Positions 13,565-25,590 of a DNA stretch of 64,000 nucleotides are shown piece after piece. Each line of letters begins with the position of its first letter. Within the stretch, counting starts at the first letter, position 1. The stretch covers positions 46,500,001 to 46,564,000 of the forward strand of contig OX597821.1 in the NCBI GenBank assembly GCA_951406725.2, read 5' to 3'. The notes beneath the pieces are model-generated. The model saw nothing but the letters and a program-made list of their open reading frames with translations. It was not told the DNA's origin and did not search any database. Made by a program: the position numbers and the translations under genes. The DNA comes from Octopus vulgaris (lineage: Eukaryota).

Positions 13565-14671
13565 CTATCTATCCGCTCAGTCGAAGTCGACTCTCGGTTA
13601 CTCGCTGGATCAGTGTCCTCCAGTCAGTTCTATCCTAGGCCGCTTCTTTCAGATTGGCTATGTCCATTCCGGTATCACTCTTGATGGTGTCAAGCCAGTG
13701 GGTTCTTGGTCGGCCTCTTCCTCTCTTGCCACTGACCATTCCGAGCATGATGTCCTTCTCCAGGGATTTTCTCCGCATAATATGACCGAAATATGCCAAT
13801 CTATGCTTGCTGATCCTAGCTTCTAGCGACATTTTCGGCCTGATCTGCTTAAGAACTTCTCCATTGGTGAGCCTCACTGTCCATGGAATCGGTAAAAGTC
13901 TTCTCCAACACCAAAGCTCGAATGCATTAATTCTCTTCTGGTCAGCTTTCTTTAGTGTCCAGGTCTCGCATCCATATGTTGCTATTGGGAAGACAATTGC
14001 ATTCACCAATCTGCATTTGGTAGCGAGTCTGATGTCTCTACTCTTCCAGACCCTGCTCATGCTGACCATTGCCTCTCTGCCTAGTACTATACGCCGTCTT
14101 ATTTCTGGAGTGCAGTCACCATCTCGATTTATTTTGGAGTCAAGGAAGATGAAATCATCAACCACTTCGATCTCTTCATTATCGATCTTGATGCTGATGT
14201 TTTTCGTGGCTGTTGCTGACATGATCTTCGTTTTCTTAACATTGAGGTACAGCCCAAATTTCTCATTCTCTTTCTTGGCCAGCAGGACAAGATCCTCCAG
14301 ATCCTTACCACTCTCCGCCAGCAGGGTTGTATCATCTGCATATCGAAGGTTAATATTTCTTCCTCCAATCCTCACTCCAATGCTGCTATCCTCCAGGCCT
14401 GCATTCCTCATGAACTTTTCAGCGTACATGTTGAATGCTGCTGGTGACAGGATGCAACCTTGCCGAGTGCCTTTTCCAATCTCAAACCAATCAGTGTCGC
14501 CATATGGTGTCCGTACTGTAGCCTCTTGGTTTTGATAGAGTGATCTAATAAGCTGGACAAGGTGTAAAGGTGTTCCCATTTCCTCCAGACATTTCCATAA
14601 CTTGTCATGATCAATGCTGTCAAGGGCTTTGGAGTAATCGATGAAACACATGTACAGCTTCTTTTGGTATT
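13565..14671 (-). mobile_element. 5'-truncated RTE-clade LINE (RT domain and C-terminus)
   Basis: ORF 13635..14705 contains FIDYSKALDSIDH, GTRQGCILSP, LRYADDTTL, YGCETWTL, GKRGRGRPR. An 11-bp TSD TAGTTAGATAA lies at 13554-13564 and 14672-14682. Confidence 0.95.
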
Positions 14672-15899
14672 TAGTTAGATAAACGTCGGAAAAAATGCTC
14701 TCCACTATTTCTTCCGGTGGTTAGAAAAATATATACCAAACGATAGTAAGAGAGAAGGTTGGCTTTTGTTTTAAATAAAATGGACATGTAATGACTTGCA
14801 GCGTGATACAAGGAAGCAAATTCATCAACTATTTGAGTTTTAGCTATTTTATCGATATCACTGATAAAAACAAAGCTGGCCCTATTTCTTGAAATCATAA
14901 CTTCAATTAACATATGTAAAACTAACACATGGCAAAAACTTGTTTGAAAAACAAAACTATGCTCACAGATTACATAACAACTGCCTAGTATGGATAGACA
15001 AGCAAAATTTTAACGTAAGTGAACACTCATCAAAGGAAGAGTTTTGTTTCTTTGCTGCTTTTTTTGTTCTCTTCTCTCTGTATTGTTATTAATAACTATT
15101 AGTTCTGATTCATAATATTAGCCACAGAATTTAAGACAAAGAGAAAGGAAAGGAGAGAGTGAGAGAAAGTAGGCAATGTGTCTGTTATTCTTATATAAAT
15201 TAACTTCATTCTATTACTGCAGTCAATTGTTGGACTGTGAGGATTAGTAAATTATTTCGACTCTTAGAAGTCATCGTATGAACTTTGGGAGAATAAGAAG
15301 TAACGTGGTCTGAGCGAAATATGAATTGAAGAACGGCGCAATCAAGAAAGAATTGGATCAGCACTGATCAACATTCGATAGTCAGTAAAGCGAGTATTGG
15401 CAATATTGGTAGAGGAATTTAGCGTGCGTGTAGGTAATCGTCAAGTTTCAGTTTCCAACTTACTATTATTTATTATTGACTTGAAGGCCATAACATAAAA
15501 CTTAAATTCGGCTGTCCACAGGAACGCTTATATACTGATGAACGCTTATATATGACTTATATATGAACAATTTAGATACACATGTATATTCAATACCATA
15601 TGACATCCATTCTTGATTTATTAAAATTATTTTCGCCTCTGCATGATGTGTCACAGTTAACAAATGGGGATTGAAACCTGCTCCATATGAGAAGGGGAAG
15701 TTATCTCAAGAATGAAAAATTCTCTAAATTTGAAAAGCCATTAAGCGAAAGGATCGGTTTATTGTCTGGACATAAGATAATATTTGTTAGATGTATTTAG
15801 ATACGCGTCATCAAAACTATAATTGTTCAACCTAGTCTCCAACAGCCAAGGAACATAGTTATTTAGAAGAAGAGTAATATGCATTCATGGCCCAGGTAA

Positions 15900-16108
15900 T
15901 TCTTTTATTCTTTTACATCTTTCAGTCATTAGACTGCAGCCATGCTGGGGAAACCTTGCAGAATTTAGTAGGCCAAATCGAACCAAGTACTTATTTTTAT
16001 GCCTGGCACTTATTCAGTGGCTCTCTTTTTGCGTCTAACTGTGATGTTACGTGGACGTACACAAATACTCGTTGTCAACCAGTGGCGGGGGATAAACAAA
16101 CAAAGACA
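15900..16108 (-). mobile_element. Degenerate family-B SINE 3' half
   Basis: ttcagtcattagactgcagccatgctgg resembles the tail at 43610-43640. Confidence 0.6.
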
Positions 16109-16122
16109 TGCGGAGAAGTTGC

Positions 16123-16588
16123 CTACCATGTCAGTATATACAAATGCGGTTTATTTCTAGCAAGTAATGTTGTTGTAGCACATACAGTAACAATTAGTGA
16201 TGACTAAAACTTCCCTGTATGGTTTATATTGCGCCCAGCTGCCCACATTAATTTTATACTATACGATTTGGCATTTCGTTAAATCAGCCATAAATACATA
16301 AGACAAATTTATATCCTGACAGAGAAAATTAACTGTTCCATGGAAGCAATGGAGACACAGTGTTGACAATTCCCATTAGGATGAAACTTTGCAGTCCAAT
16401 GGTCTAGATTTGCTTCACTCATGGCGTGGGTATCTACCCTGTCAGTATATATCAATATGCGTTTAGGTAGCTATCAGCAGTTTAGTTCTTATTTCTAGCA
16501 ATTATTGTGCTTGTAGTACATACAGTCACTTGTAGTGGCGACTAAATTTTGCCGATATGGTTTATATTGCTGCACACATTAATTTTAT
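16123..16588 (+). repeat. Diverged direct duplication, ~310 bp period
   Basis: ctaccatgtcagtatata...tatggtttatattgc...cacattaattttata at 16123-16258 recurs at 16434-16589. Confidence 0.75.
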
Positions 16589-16751
16589 AGCATATATATA
16601 TATATATAAAGGGCATCTGCTGGTCCACCATGCGGCTAGATTACAGTCGGTTACAGATGACTGGGCTGGCATATTTAGCGTCGGTTTGACACACGCACAC
16701 ACATACATAAATACATTCATACATAGATACATAGATGCATAAATATATTAT

Positions 16752-17122
16752 CTCGTTTGGCTTAACAGCCCTCCTTGTTTGTGTTACTGTTATTTTCCGT
16801 GTCCTGTCCTTTACTGTTTATATTTTGTACTGTCGTTACTGTCCTGTTTTTGTTACCATTTTTACCCCACCGCAAAAAAATCTCAAATTTTATTTAATTT
16901 GATTTTCGCGGGAAGGAAATTTTCATTGAAGTCATGTATCGCCTTGACCTTCGAAACGTGGAGTAGATGAATCTAAGGCGATTGAAGAAGGGGAATTTTC
17001 CTTGTTTTGTATGTCCTGTACTCTATTTTTTCGTTGTTTAAAAATATGTCCATTTCCTTGGTTTTGTGTTTATGTTTTCGTTTCTCATTGTGTTCGACGT
17101 TTTTTTGGTGTCCTGTACCCAT
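16752..17122 (+). mobile_element. Probable PLE 3'-terminal (pLTR-like) remnant with degenerate hammerhead-like motif
   Basis: T-rich unit ending in (TA)n; contains cattgaagtca...tgaccttcGAAACGT at ~16924-16959. Confidence 0.35.
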
Positions 17123-17201
17123 ATATGCATGTATATATACATGTAGAGGTAGGTACGTACATATATGTATGTATATATGCATATGTTTTATTTATTTATT
17201 A

Positions 17202-17238
<37 letters not shown>

Positions 17239-17286
17239 GAGAGAGAGAGAGTGAGATGTATATATATATACATATATATATATATG

Positions 17287-17786
17287 TACCGTAAATCCTC
17301 GAGTATAGTCCGCCCTTGAGTATAATACGCAGGGGATTTTTAGAGGGCTGTGCCTCTGAAAAACCTAAACTTTGTGTATAATACGCACCCCGTCTCTAAC
17401 TTGAGTCAAGGAGGATTATATAACGTCTTTGGTTTGTAAAACTGTATACCGTAGCGTCCTTTATTATTATGATGCAAACGTGTAGCTTTTTTGTGCATTT
17501 TGTTTGCAGAAAATAAAGAAATAACAGTAATAACGTTTAATAGATGTTGCTTACTGCACATTATGGATGATTCTTTTATGACTTCATTGCTTTCAGGCTT
17601 AGCTTAAAGTATTTTCGCGCCCGACATCACACAATGCGTCTGAATAAACATTGCCGGACAGAAAATAGAGACTCGGACATTGCTTAGAAAATATTTTTCA
17701 TTTTTAACCTCGTATATAGTACGAACTAGGGATTTTGACCTTTAAATTTTGGGAAATCTTCGGATTATACTCGAAGATTTACGGTA
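17287..17786. mobile_element. Tc1/mariner-pogo type MITE with TA TSD
   Basis: TA-CCGTAAATCCTCGAGTATAGTCCG ... CGGATTATACTCGAAGATTTACGG-TA: 24-bp TIRs with 2 mismatches, subterminal GTATAATACGCA repeats, no ORF, inserted in (TA)n. Confidence 0.9.
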
Positions 17787-17796
17787 CATATATATA

Positions 17797-17853
<57 letters not shown>

Positions 17854-17926
17854 CCATGTTGATTCGTTAGCTACTGCACGCATTTTTTTTCTCTCCTTCT
17901 TTCCGTGTTTTTTTTCTCTCTGTGTA

Positions 17927-17964
17927 TCTTTCTGTTGAAGAGCGTAGGCTCGAAACGTTAAAGA
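17927..17964 (+). ncRNA. Minimal type-I hammerhead-like motif (core variant CUGUUGA) in a ~210-bp TA-flanked unit (17851-18062)
   Basis: tcttt-CTGTTGA-a-gagc-gtag-gctc-GAAAC-GTT-aaaga. Stem I tcttt/aaaga, stem II gagc/gctc, palindromic AACGTT stem III. Confidence 0.6.
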
Positions 17965-18766
17965 CTTGTTTTATTTATATTTCCTGAGCGCCATACTAAT
18001 ACAATTGTTCGTTTGTTTTCCACCTGCCTTCGTCTTTTGTCTATTTTCATAAAGCTTCCCGTTATATATATATATGTATAGAGTTTAAGGTGTAGTGTAC
18101 AGAAATTGAATATTGAGAAAAAAAGTCGTCAGAATTTTGGAAAAGAATCTTTTTATTTCTTCATTATTATAGCTCTTCGTTCATTTCTCGAAATTGTCAA
18201 ATAAGATTTTGTGAATCTACAAATAGCTCGTTCATTTATATAAAACAGAAGTTTTTTTGGGTTTTGTTTAGAAGAGAACATTACTTTTGTTTTTTAGGGC
18301 GAGGTTCCATGACAATGGAGACAGATAGAAACATAGGTAGGCAGATAGGCTGACAGATTGATAGATAAATATATAGTCAGACAGATAGATAGATAGGGAG
18401 AGAGAGGGAGAGAGACAGAAGGGGGATCCTCCTGGCTTTAAGGATAGTGCCCTCTTCAAAAAGAAAAAAGAAATAAAACAGGTTATTCCTCAAAGTCTTT
18501 TTGCTTTGTTTCTCTCATCCCCTCTTTTCTCTTTTTCTTTCTTTGCTTCTTTCTTTCTTTCTTTCTTTCTTACTTACTTTCTTTCTTTCTTCCTTTCATT
18601 TTCTCCTCTTTGAGTTATATTTAGAATACAAAAGTGAACTGTTTCCCCTTTTCTTTCAAACGTTCAATTTTGGAGATAATTTTTTGATGAAATGTAGTTC
18701 TGCATGAAAAAGCATTAGTATTAAAATTTTTTAAATAAATAAATAAATGAAATAAAATGAAATATG

Positions 18767-18797
<31 letters not shown>

Positions 18798-18799
18798 TT

Positions 18800-18855
18800 G
18801 AATGTTCTAGCTTTGCGTATATATATATATATATATAAGCAAAGCTAGAACATTC
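18800..18855. repeat. Perfect 17-bp inverted repeat around (TA)n
   Basis: gaatgttctagctttgc (18800-18816) / gcaaagctagaacattc (18839-18855). Confidence 0.9.
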
Positions 18856-19480
18856 CAATGCTGCACATATATATACTTGAACATTTGAGCCACACTTGGA
18901 ATATTGTTACTGATTTAAAAATTTATTTCTGTTTTGATTTATTCACATAATCTTTTATTATTTATTTTTATTATTACCAGATTTTACTTTTTTATTATTT
19001 ATTTGTATTATATTTTATTTTTTATATTGCTATACCATACACCACACACACAACACACACATCCGCGAGTGTATACACATACGCACACACGTACACTCAC
19101 CCCACCATGCGCGCGCGCACTCACGCACGCACTTCCACATAGAACACATACACATGAACGCACATATGCCTCTACACACACAACTCTCCACATACACAAC
19201 CCTCTACACACAAAACACACTCACACACACAACACAAACACACAAGCACACATGTAGACGCACATACATATACTTCCACACACACTCACACGCTACCACA
19301 CACATATACACACACGCACGCGCGCAAACACACAAATCGACCATTTTCACACCCTCCTGTCTCAGAAAGCACTTTCTCTTCCTTCTACTTCCTGTCACTT
19401 CAGAATTGTAGCCGCACGTAGACTGTTGGTGACTTTTCCTCATTCATCCTTCTTTCTCTTTGGACTTTTCTACTTTTCCT

Positions 19481-19514
19481 GTTTCCGACGAAGAGTATGC
19501 TCGAAACGTAAAAC
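19481..19514 (+). ncRNA. Minimal hammerhead-like motif (core variant CCGACGA)
   Basis: gttt-CCGACGA-a-gag-tatg-ctc-GAAAC-GTA-aaac. Confidence 0.55.
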
Positions 19515-19690
19515 AACAACTCTGTTCTTTCACCGAGCGTCATATTGCTTGTGCTACGTCCTCACGTTTGCTTGTTTTTTTCCTTTTCTTCTTAGCTTTC
19601 CTCTGTGTTTTGAATTGGCTATACATACATACATACATACATACATACATACATACATACATACATACATACATACGTACATACATACAC

Positions 19691-19751
<61 letters not shown>

Positions 19752-19806
19752 ACTACTCGCTTGCCGTTGGCGATTTCTTTTCCTTCTTCTCAATTTCCTT
19801 TTCCCT

Positions 19807-19839
19807 TTTCCGACGAAGTGCTATGCTCGAAACGTCAAA
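19807..19839 (+). ncRNA. Minimal hammerhead-like motif (core variant CCGACGA), second copy
   Basis: ttt-CCGACGA-a-gtgc-tat-gctc-GAAAC-GTC-aaa; shares downstream ctttcaccgagcgt with the 19481 copy. Confidence 0.55.
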
Positions 19840-20254
19840 CTCTCTCCTTTCACCGAGCGTTAAGCGAATGCATTTCTTGTGCACGTCCCCATGTTGTCCG
19901 TTTTTACTCGTTTATTTGAATTGACTATGTATGTATGTATGCGTATATATATAATACAATATAATAATCGTGCTGTAAAACACAAACTTCGCTAGAAAGA
20001 AGAGTCAAATGAACTCCTAAATTACATAGAGCTCTCTTCAAACAAGCATAGTGAAAGGCGGGCGGCGAATAAAAATTATGGGTCATACCTTCGCGAAAAT
20101 CGGAAAAGGGGTCGCTTGTCCCTTTTCAGCCAAGTCTATTGCAAACAAAGTCAAAATTTAAAATTTATTCGACTCACCATACGTGTTCGTGCGAAGGCTC
20201 AAAGCACATTCCTAAACGAAGTAAATGGATAATTTATATATGTATATAGAATTA

Positions 20255-20400
20255 TTACTAGTAACTAGTAATCTTAGTGGCGATCGAAAGCATGAACAGT
20301 GCAGTCTTGTTTAGTAATGTATATATATATATATATATTACTAAACATACCTGCACGCTTCACGCTTTTGATCGCCACTAATATTACTAGTTACTTGTAA
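20255..20400. repeat. 64-bp imperfect inverted repeat around (TA)n
   Basis: Arms 20255-20318 and 20337-20400; I count 9 mismatches. Confidence 0.9.
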
Positions 20401-21119
20401 TATATAGACATATACATACACCACACACACATACATACACATGCAGTTATATTCATATATATATACACACACATACATACATATACAGGTACACACACAA
20501 ACATCTGTGTTCTTGGTGTATAATCACACATCTCGAGATACATTGAAAAATGCACTCCTCCACACACACACACACACATGCATGTACATAGCTATAGCGT
20601 ATGTATACACGCCAGTACTTCTTCTGAAAGGCAGATATGTGTCTAGTGGCATATTGATTTCCATACAGGCTTCATAGTTAAGTCGGACACACAAACATAC
20701 TTCCAGCTTACATAGATAATTCGACATTAATTTCAATGCACATTGTATAAGAATTACATAGTAAGTTACTACTGCCTGGATAAACAGTCTATAATTGTAT
20801 GGTCGGTCTATATGAGTTAATGGAATTCAAAAGTCTACAATTTATAGCATGGAATATACCATATACCGTAAAATATATAATATATATCACACGAAACACA
20901 CTTTAGGATGGTAACTTGTATCCAATGTTGCTGCGCATACGTTGGTATTTTTCGTCGCACCGAAATCAAATCCCTAGGACAAACGCACGTATATACAGGA
21001 CAGTGTAACGTTCACCTTAAACAGTACAGCAAGCCTTTTAAGTAATTCCGTGGTGTAAGTTCATAAAGTGTATTGCAGGATGTTCTCCCTTATGGGGAGC
21101 TTAGGTTATCTAACTGCTA

Positions 21120-21950
21120 AGTAGTCTGTAATTGAAGATCAGATCTCTAATCCTGATAAACTGTTACTATTGTATTGTAAAAATATATATTTGTTCGTAT
21201 GCAAACATCTTATCAATCGCTCCGAAAATCTGTTAACAATCCTATTCTTGGTCAACATTATATATAACGATTCCTCAGAACACAGTTGGCACTTTTCGGA
21301 AAGAGTGTTACATGGATTAGTATGCCTTATTATTGGCCAAGTCAAGTCATATTTAATCTTCTCGTCTTTCAATTTCCAGACTAAATCTTCCAGTGATATC
21401 GAATGTCTCTAGTCTCTTTTGAAGTTGGTGATGGGGTTTCTATAGCGATTCTTGAAAATACCTCCTGATGCACCTATGTACACATATGGGCTCACTCTGG
21501 TGTTGACAGTGCATTTGTATACTATACTGCACCTCGTACAAAGGTTCATTTTGTTTTATCCTAGTATGTGCAATTGTTATAGTTTGTCATATCTCGGTGT
21601 GTACTGCCCGTTGTATTCGCCCCTGTTTTAGGTCTGGTTCTGTTGCTAACTCTCTTATTGTTATTTTTTCCGAATTGGTTTTAGAGTCCATAGTATTGTA
21701 ACTATATTCGGCTAGAGGGTTATTATCATCGTTGTTTTATCGCGTCCATTGAAGAAGTGCCATCCATGGTTGGGAGGTTACTAGGTAGGTTACTCGACCC
21801 TTGGTTGATTTCCTATTATTTATCCTATGTATTTGGTGCTCTAAGTTGGAGGAATTAGCGTACGATATATTCATGGTTCTGTTGCAAATGGTTGTGCTAT
21901 AATCTCCAGTGCAGAATGCATCGCATCGGATGTCTTGTTTCAAATAACAT
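21120..21950 (-). mobile_element. Penelope-like element 3' fragment with GIY-YIG endonuclease
   Basis: Minus strand reads IVYKCTVNTRVSPYVYIGASGGIFKNRY..., then LVWKLKDEKIKYDLTWPII...KCQLCSEESLYI...RCLHTNKY. Upstream NRTMNISYANSSNLEHQIHRIN linker. Confidence 0.85.
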
Positions 21951-22439
21951 GCTGAGCCTAATCGTGGTGTGTAGGGTGTGCATGTACGTCTATATATGTG
22001 TTTATGTCAACAAGTGTATACCTATCTTACATCATTTAATCTTTTAATTCTTATCCTTTATCATTTTCCAATCTTTTTAATCAAAATTATGTTTTTATTA
22101 TTTTACTCTATCTCACTGTATCCACTGTGAACTATAGCCAAACCCATTAACCGGTTATAACCCAGAAATTGTATTCATCCCTTGCCAATATAGCTAACAA
22201 CCTGCTGGCAACAACAACATGCCAAGCAAAACCGAGTATATATAGCGAAGTATCTTACATCAACGAACTAAAGTTTGCGTGTGCGGGCATGTGTATCTGT
22301 GTGCATGTGTCTGTGTATGCGTGTGTATGTGTGTGTATGTGTGTGCATGTGTGCGTGTATAAATACCGCTACTCCATTGGCATAAAAAATATCCATCCAT
22401 GCATATTTATTCATACACACATACACACACACACGCACG

Positions 22440-22473
<34 letters not shown>

Positions 22474-23040
22474 TGTATGTATGTATGTATGTATGTATAT
22501 GATTGAAGTGATGTGATAGAAATGACTGAAAAATATACAGAGCATAAAGCTAATTGAAAACTACTATTGAATAACCTTTCCACTTCATCTAAACTCAAAC
22601 CTTCTTATGAGGGTCGGGACATAAAAAAATAAAAAAAAAGCAACTATTCTTACTTATATGAATAGTTATCTTTATTGGAATTACTGATAAACACGAAAAC
22701 GTCTTGACATAGAAAGGTTTTAAAAATCCTGGTCAACAACATTTACACTTCTGCTCGAGGATTGAAATCTTGCCTCCGATGTTAAAAGGAATATTGAAAG
22801 AAACAGTGTTTCTGTTTAGTTTTGGCACAGAGTTCGTCTGTCCTTTCTTCATATAAGTTTGAGGTTTAGTGGTTGTGTGTTACGATCTACAGCAGTAAGC
22901 ATAATAGCATAATGTAACCGAGCACATCGCTTCTACGTTGAAGCAGAATAAATGATGATGATGATGATGATGATAATAACAGAAACAACAGCAGCAGCGG
23001 CGACCACAAAAATAGCAGCAACGTCAACAACAATGGCAGC

Positions 23041-23467
23041 AATTTTGGGGGAGGGGGATGAGTCGATTACATCGACCCCAGTGTTCAGCTGGTACTTATT
23101 TTATCGACCTCGGCAGAATTCGAACTCAGAACGTAGCGACGGGCGAAATAGCGGTAAGCAATTCATCCAGCGTGCAAACGAATCTGTTTGCTCAGCGCCT
23201 TAAACGATACTACAACAACAACAACAACTACTACTACTACTACTAATAATAATCTTTTCTACTGGATGCACAAGGCTTCAAGTTTGGGGGAAGCCATTAA
23301 ATCGATTACATCAACCCCAGTGCGTAACTGGTACTATGTTAATCGACCTCCGAAAGGATGGAAGTCAAAGTCAACCTCGGTGGAATTCGAACTCAGAACG
23401 TAGCGACGGGCAAAATAACGGTAAGCATTTCGTCCAGCGTGCTACCGACTCGGCCAGCTCGTCGCTT
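23041..23467 (-). mobile_element. Two adjacent diverged family-A SINEs (23041-23200, 23251-23467)
   Basis: Both contain gattacatc(g/a)accccagtg...ctggtact...gaattcgaactcagaacgtagcgacggg. Confidence 0.85.
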
Positions 23468-23653
23468 TAAACAATAGTAATAATAGCAACAATAGTCAAT
23501 TTATGAGTTCAAAATACAAACTAATACACATGGGTAATGTATGTATATGTGTTATGTGTGTGCGTGCATGTGTATGTGCGCGCGTCTGTTCGTGTGTACA
23601 TGTGCACGTGTATACATACATATATACATACATACATATATACATATATAAAT

Positions 23654-23725
<72 letters not shown>

Positions 23726-23728
<3 letters not shown>

Positions 23729-24129
23729 GCAGGAGTGGCTGTGTGGTAAGTAGCTTGTCTACCAACCACATGGTTCCGGGTTCAGTCCCACTGTGTGGCA
23801 CCTTGGGTAAGTGTCTTCTACTATAGCCCCGGGCTGACCAAAGCCTTGTGAATGGATTTGGTAGACGGAAACTGAAAGAAGCCCGTCGTATACATGTATA
23901 TATGTGTGCGTGTGTGTGTTTGTGTGTCTGTGTTTGTCCCCCTAGCATTGCTTGACAACCGATGCTGGTGTGTTTATGTCCCCGTTACTTAGCGGTTCGG
24001 CAAAAGAGACCGATAGAATAAGTACTGGGCTTACAAAAGAATAAGTCCCGGGGTCGAGTTGCTTGATTAAAAGGCGGTGCTCCAGCATGGCCCCAGTCAA
24101 ATGACTGAAACAAGTAAAAGAGTAAAAGA
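23726..24129 (+). mobile_element. Family-B tRNA-derived SINE with CORE-like domain (probably octopus OR2-type)
   Basis: Head GGCGCAGGAGTGGCTGTGTGGTAAG, B-box-like GGTTCAGTCCC, CORE-like CCTTGGGTAAGTGTCTT, (GTAAAAGA)n tail; several copies in the window. Confidence 0.9.
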
Positions 24130-24391
24130 TTATATATATATGAGAGAAATAGGATTATCTCTGTATATAGAGTACATCGAAGTGCTCAGAGTATTTGAGC
24201 TAAGAAAAATAGTAGAAATAATGAAGAGAAACAAAAGATATGCTACCAAAATATATTCTTTTGTGAATTCACTATATGCAACAAATCATGTGCTAACAAT
24301 TTATAGATATATAAACTTTTCAAAATATTTTTCAAATACATAAAAAATATGTTGATATAAATTTATATAAACATATATATATATATATACA

Positions 24392-24527
24392 CTGACATTC
24401 AAATATATATATATACAGACATTCAAATATATATATATATATGTACAGAAATTCAAATATATATATATATATATATATATATTTACAGACATTCAAATAT
24501 ATATATATATATATACAGACATTCAAG
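24392..24527. repeat. Five copies of CAGACATTCAA separated by variable (TA)n
   Basis: Copies start at about 24392, 24416, 24445, 24486 and 24516. Confidence 0.9.
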
Positions 24528-25148
24528 TGAAAAATAAGAAAACGGAGATACAACATTTAATAAAGAATTATCACCAAAAATGAAACATAGTCCCTTAGAG
24601 CTGTTTCAATTAATCCCAATAAAGATTGAATAAATATTATTAAAATCATTATTTGGGGCAAAATCTCATTACAGGGTTATAGGAAAGATACTCCCTAAGG
24701 ATTTTGATGTGTTGTATTTTTGAACCATCACGGCAGACTGAATAATATCATTTATGGCTAATAGTGGTATATGCTTGAGATAGGGTGTTACAGGTTGTTT
24801 TAGTGGGTATGAGATATAATTAGGGTAATAATGGGTAAATAAGTCGAGATTAAATTGTAAAAAGAAGGGCATCATATGAATGAGGAGATATAGGGAATAC
24901 TATCGTAGGTTGTTTATAAAATTAATACACAAACATATTAACACCGTTCTAAAATTCATCTTTTAGTATATATTCAGGGTGAGTACTTGATAATTGTAAG
25001 CACCTGTATATACCGTTTGGTGGTGTAGGTGGTAATTGTGCGCGGCTGAAGAAGGCCATAGACACACATTATGCATTGTTATAAATCCATCTAATAAAGG
25101 CCCGAAACATATGTACCGCTGAATCTTTGGCATCATGTTTTTATTTTG

Positions 25149-25151
<3 letters not shown>
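24516..25151 (-). mobile_element. Probable PLE 3' non-coding end with degenerate hammerhead (24588-24680)
   Basis: Minus strand: ccct-GTAATGA-gatttt...aatt-GAAA-cagctc-TA-aggga. Core is mutated; stem III is near-palindromic CAGCT(G). Confidence 0.4.
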
Positions 25152-25222
<71 letters not shown>

Positions 25223-25225
25223 TAA

Positions 25226-25282
<57 letters not shown>

Positions 25283-25460
25283 TAAAAATAAAAACATGAT
25301 GCCAAAGATTCAGCGGTACATATGTTTCGGGCCTTTATTAGATGGATTTATAACAATGCATAATGTGTGTCTATGGCCTTCTTCAGCCGCGCACAATTAC
25401 CACCTACACCACCAAACGGTATATACAGGTGCTTACAATTATCAAGTACTCACCCTGAAT
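24972..25460. repeat. ~180-bp near-perfect inverted repeat around ~130 bp of (TA)n
   Basis: 24972-25151 (attcagggtgagtacttg...catcatgtttttattttgatt) is the reverse complement of 25281-25460, with one visible mismatch. Confidence 0.95.
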
Positions 25461-25510
25461 TTCTATATATATATATATATATGCATTTACACTTAAGTAT
25501 ATATATATGA

Positions 25511-25590
<80 letters not shown>

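Noticed and set aside
13807-14535. 242-aa plus-strand ORF
   Set aside because: Antisense shadow of the RTE RT ORF, with no independent motif.
24392-24527. Repeat-spacer pattern resembling a CRISPR array (also 37731-37815, 46896-46967)
   Set aside because: Spacers are (TA)n or absent, the context is eukaryotic, and there are no cas genes.
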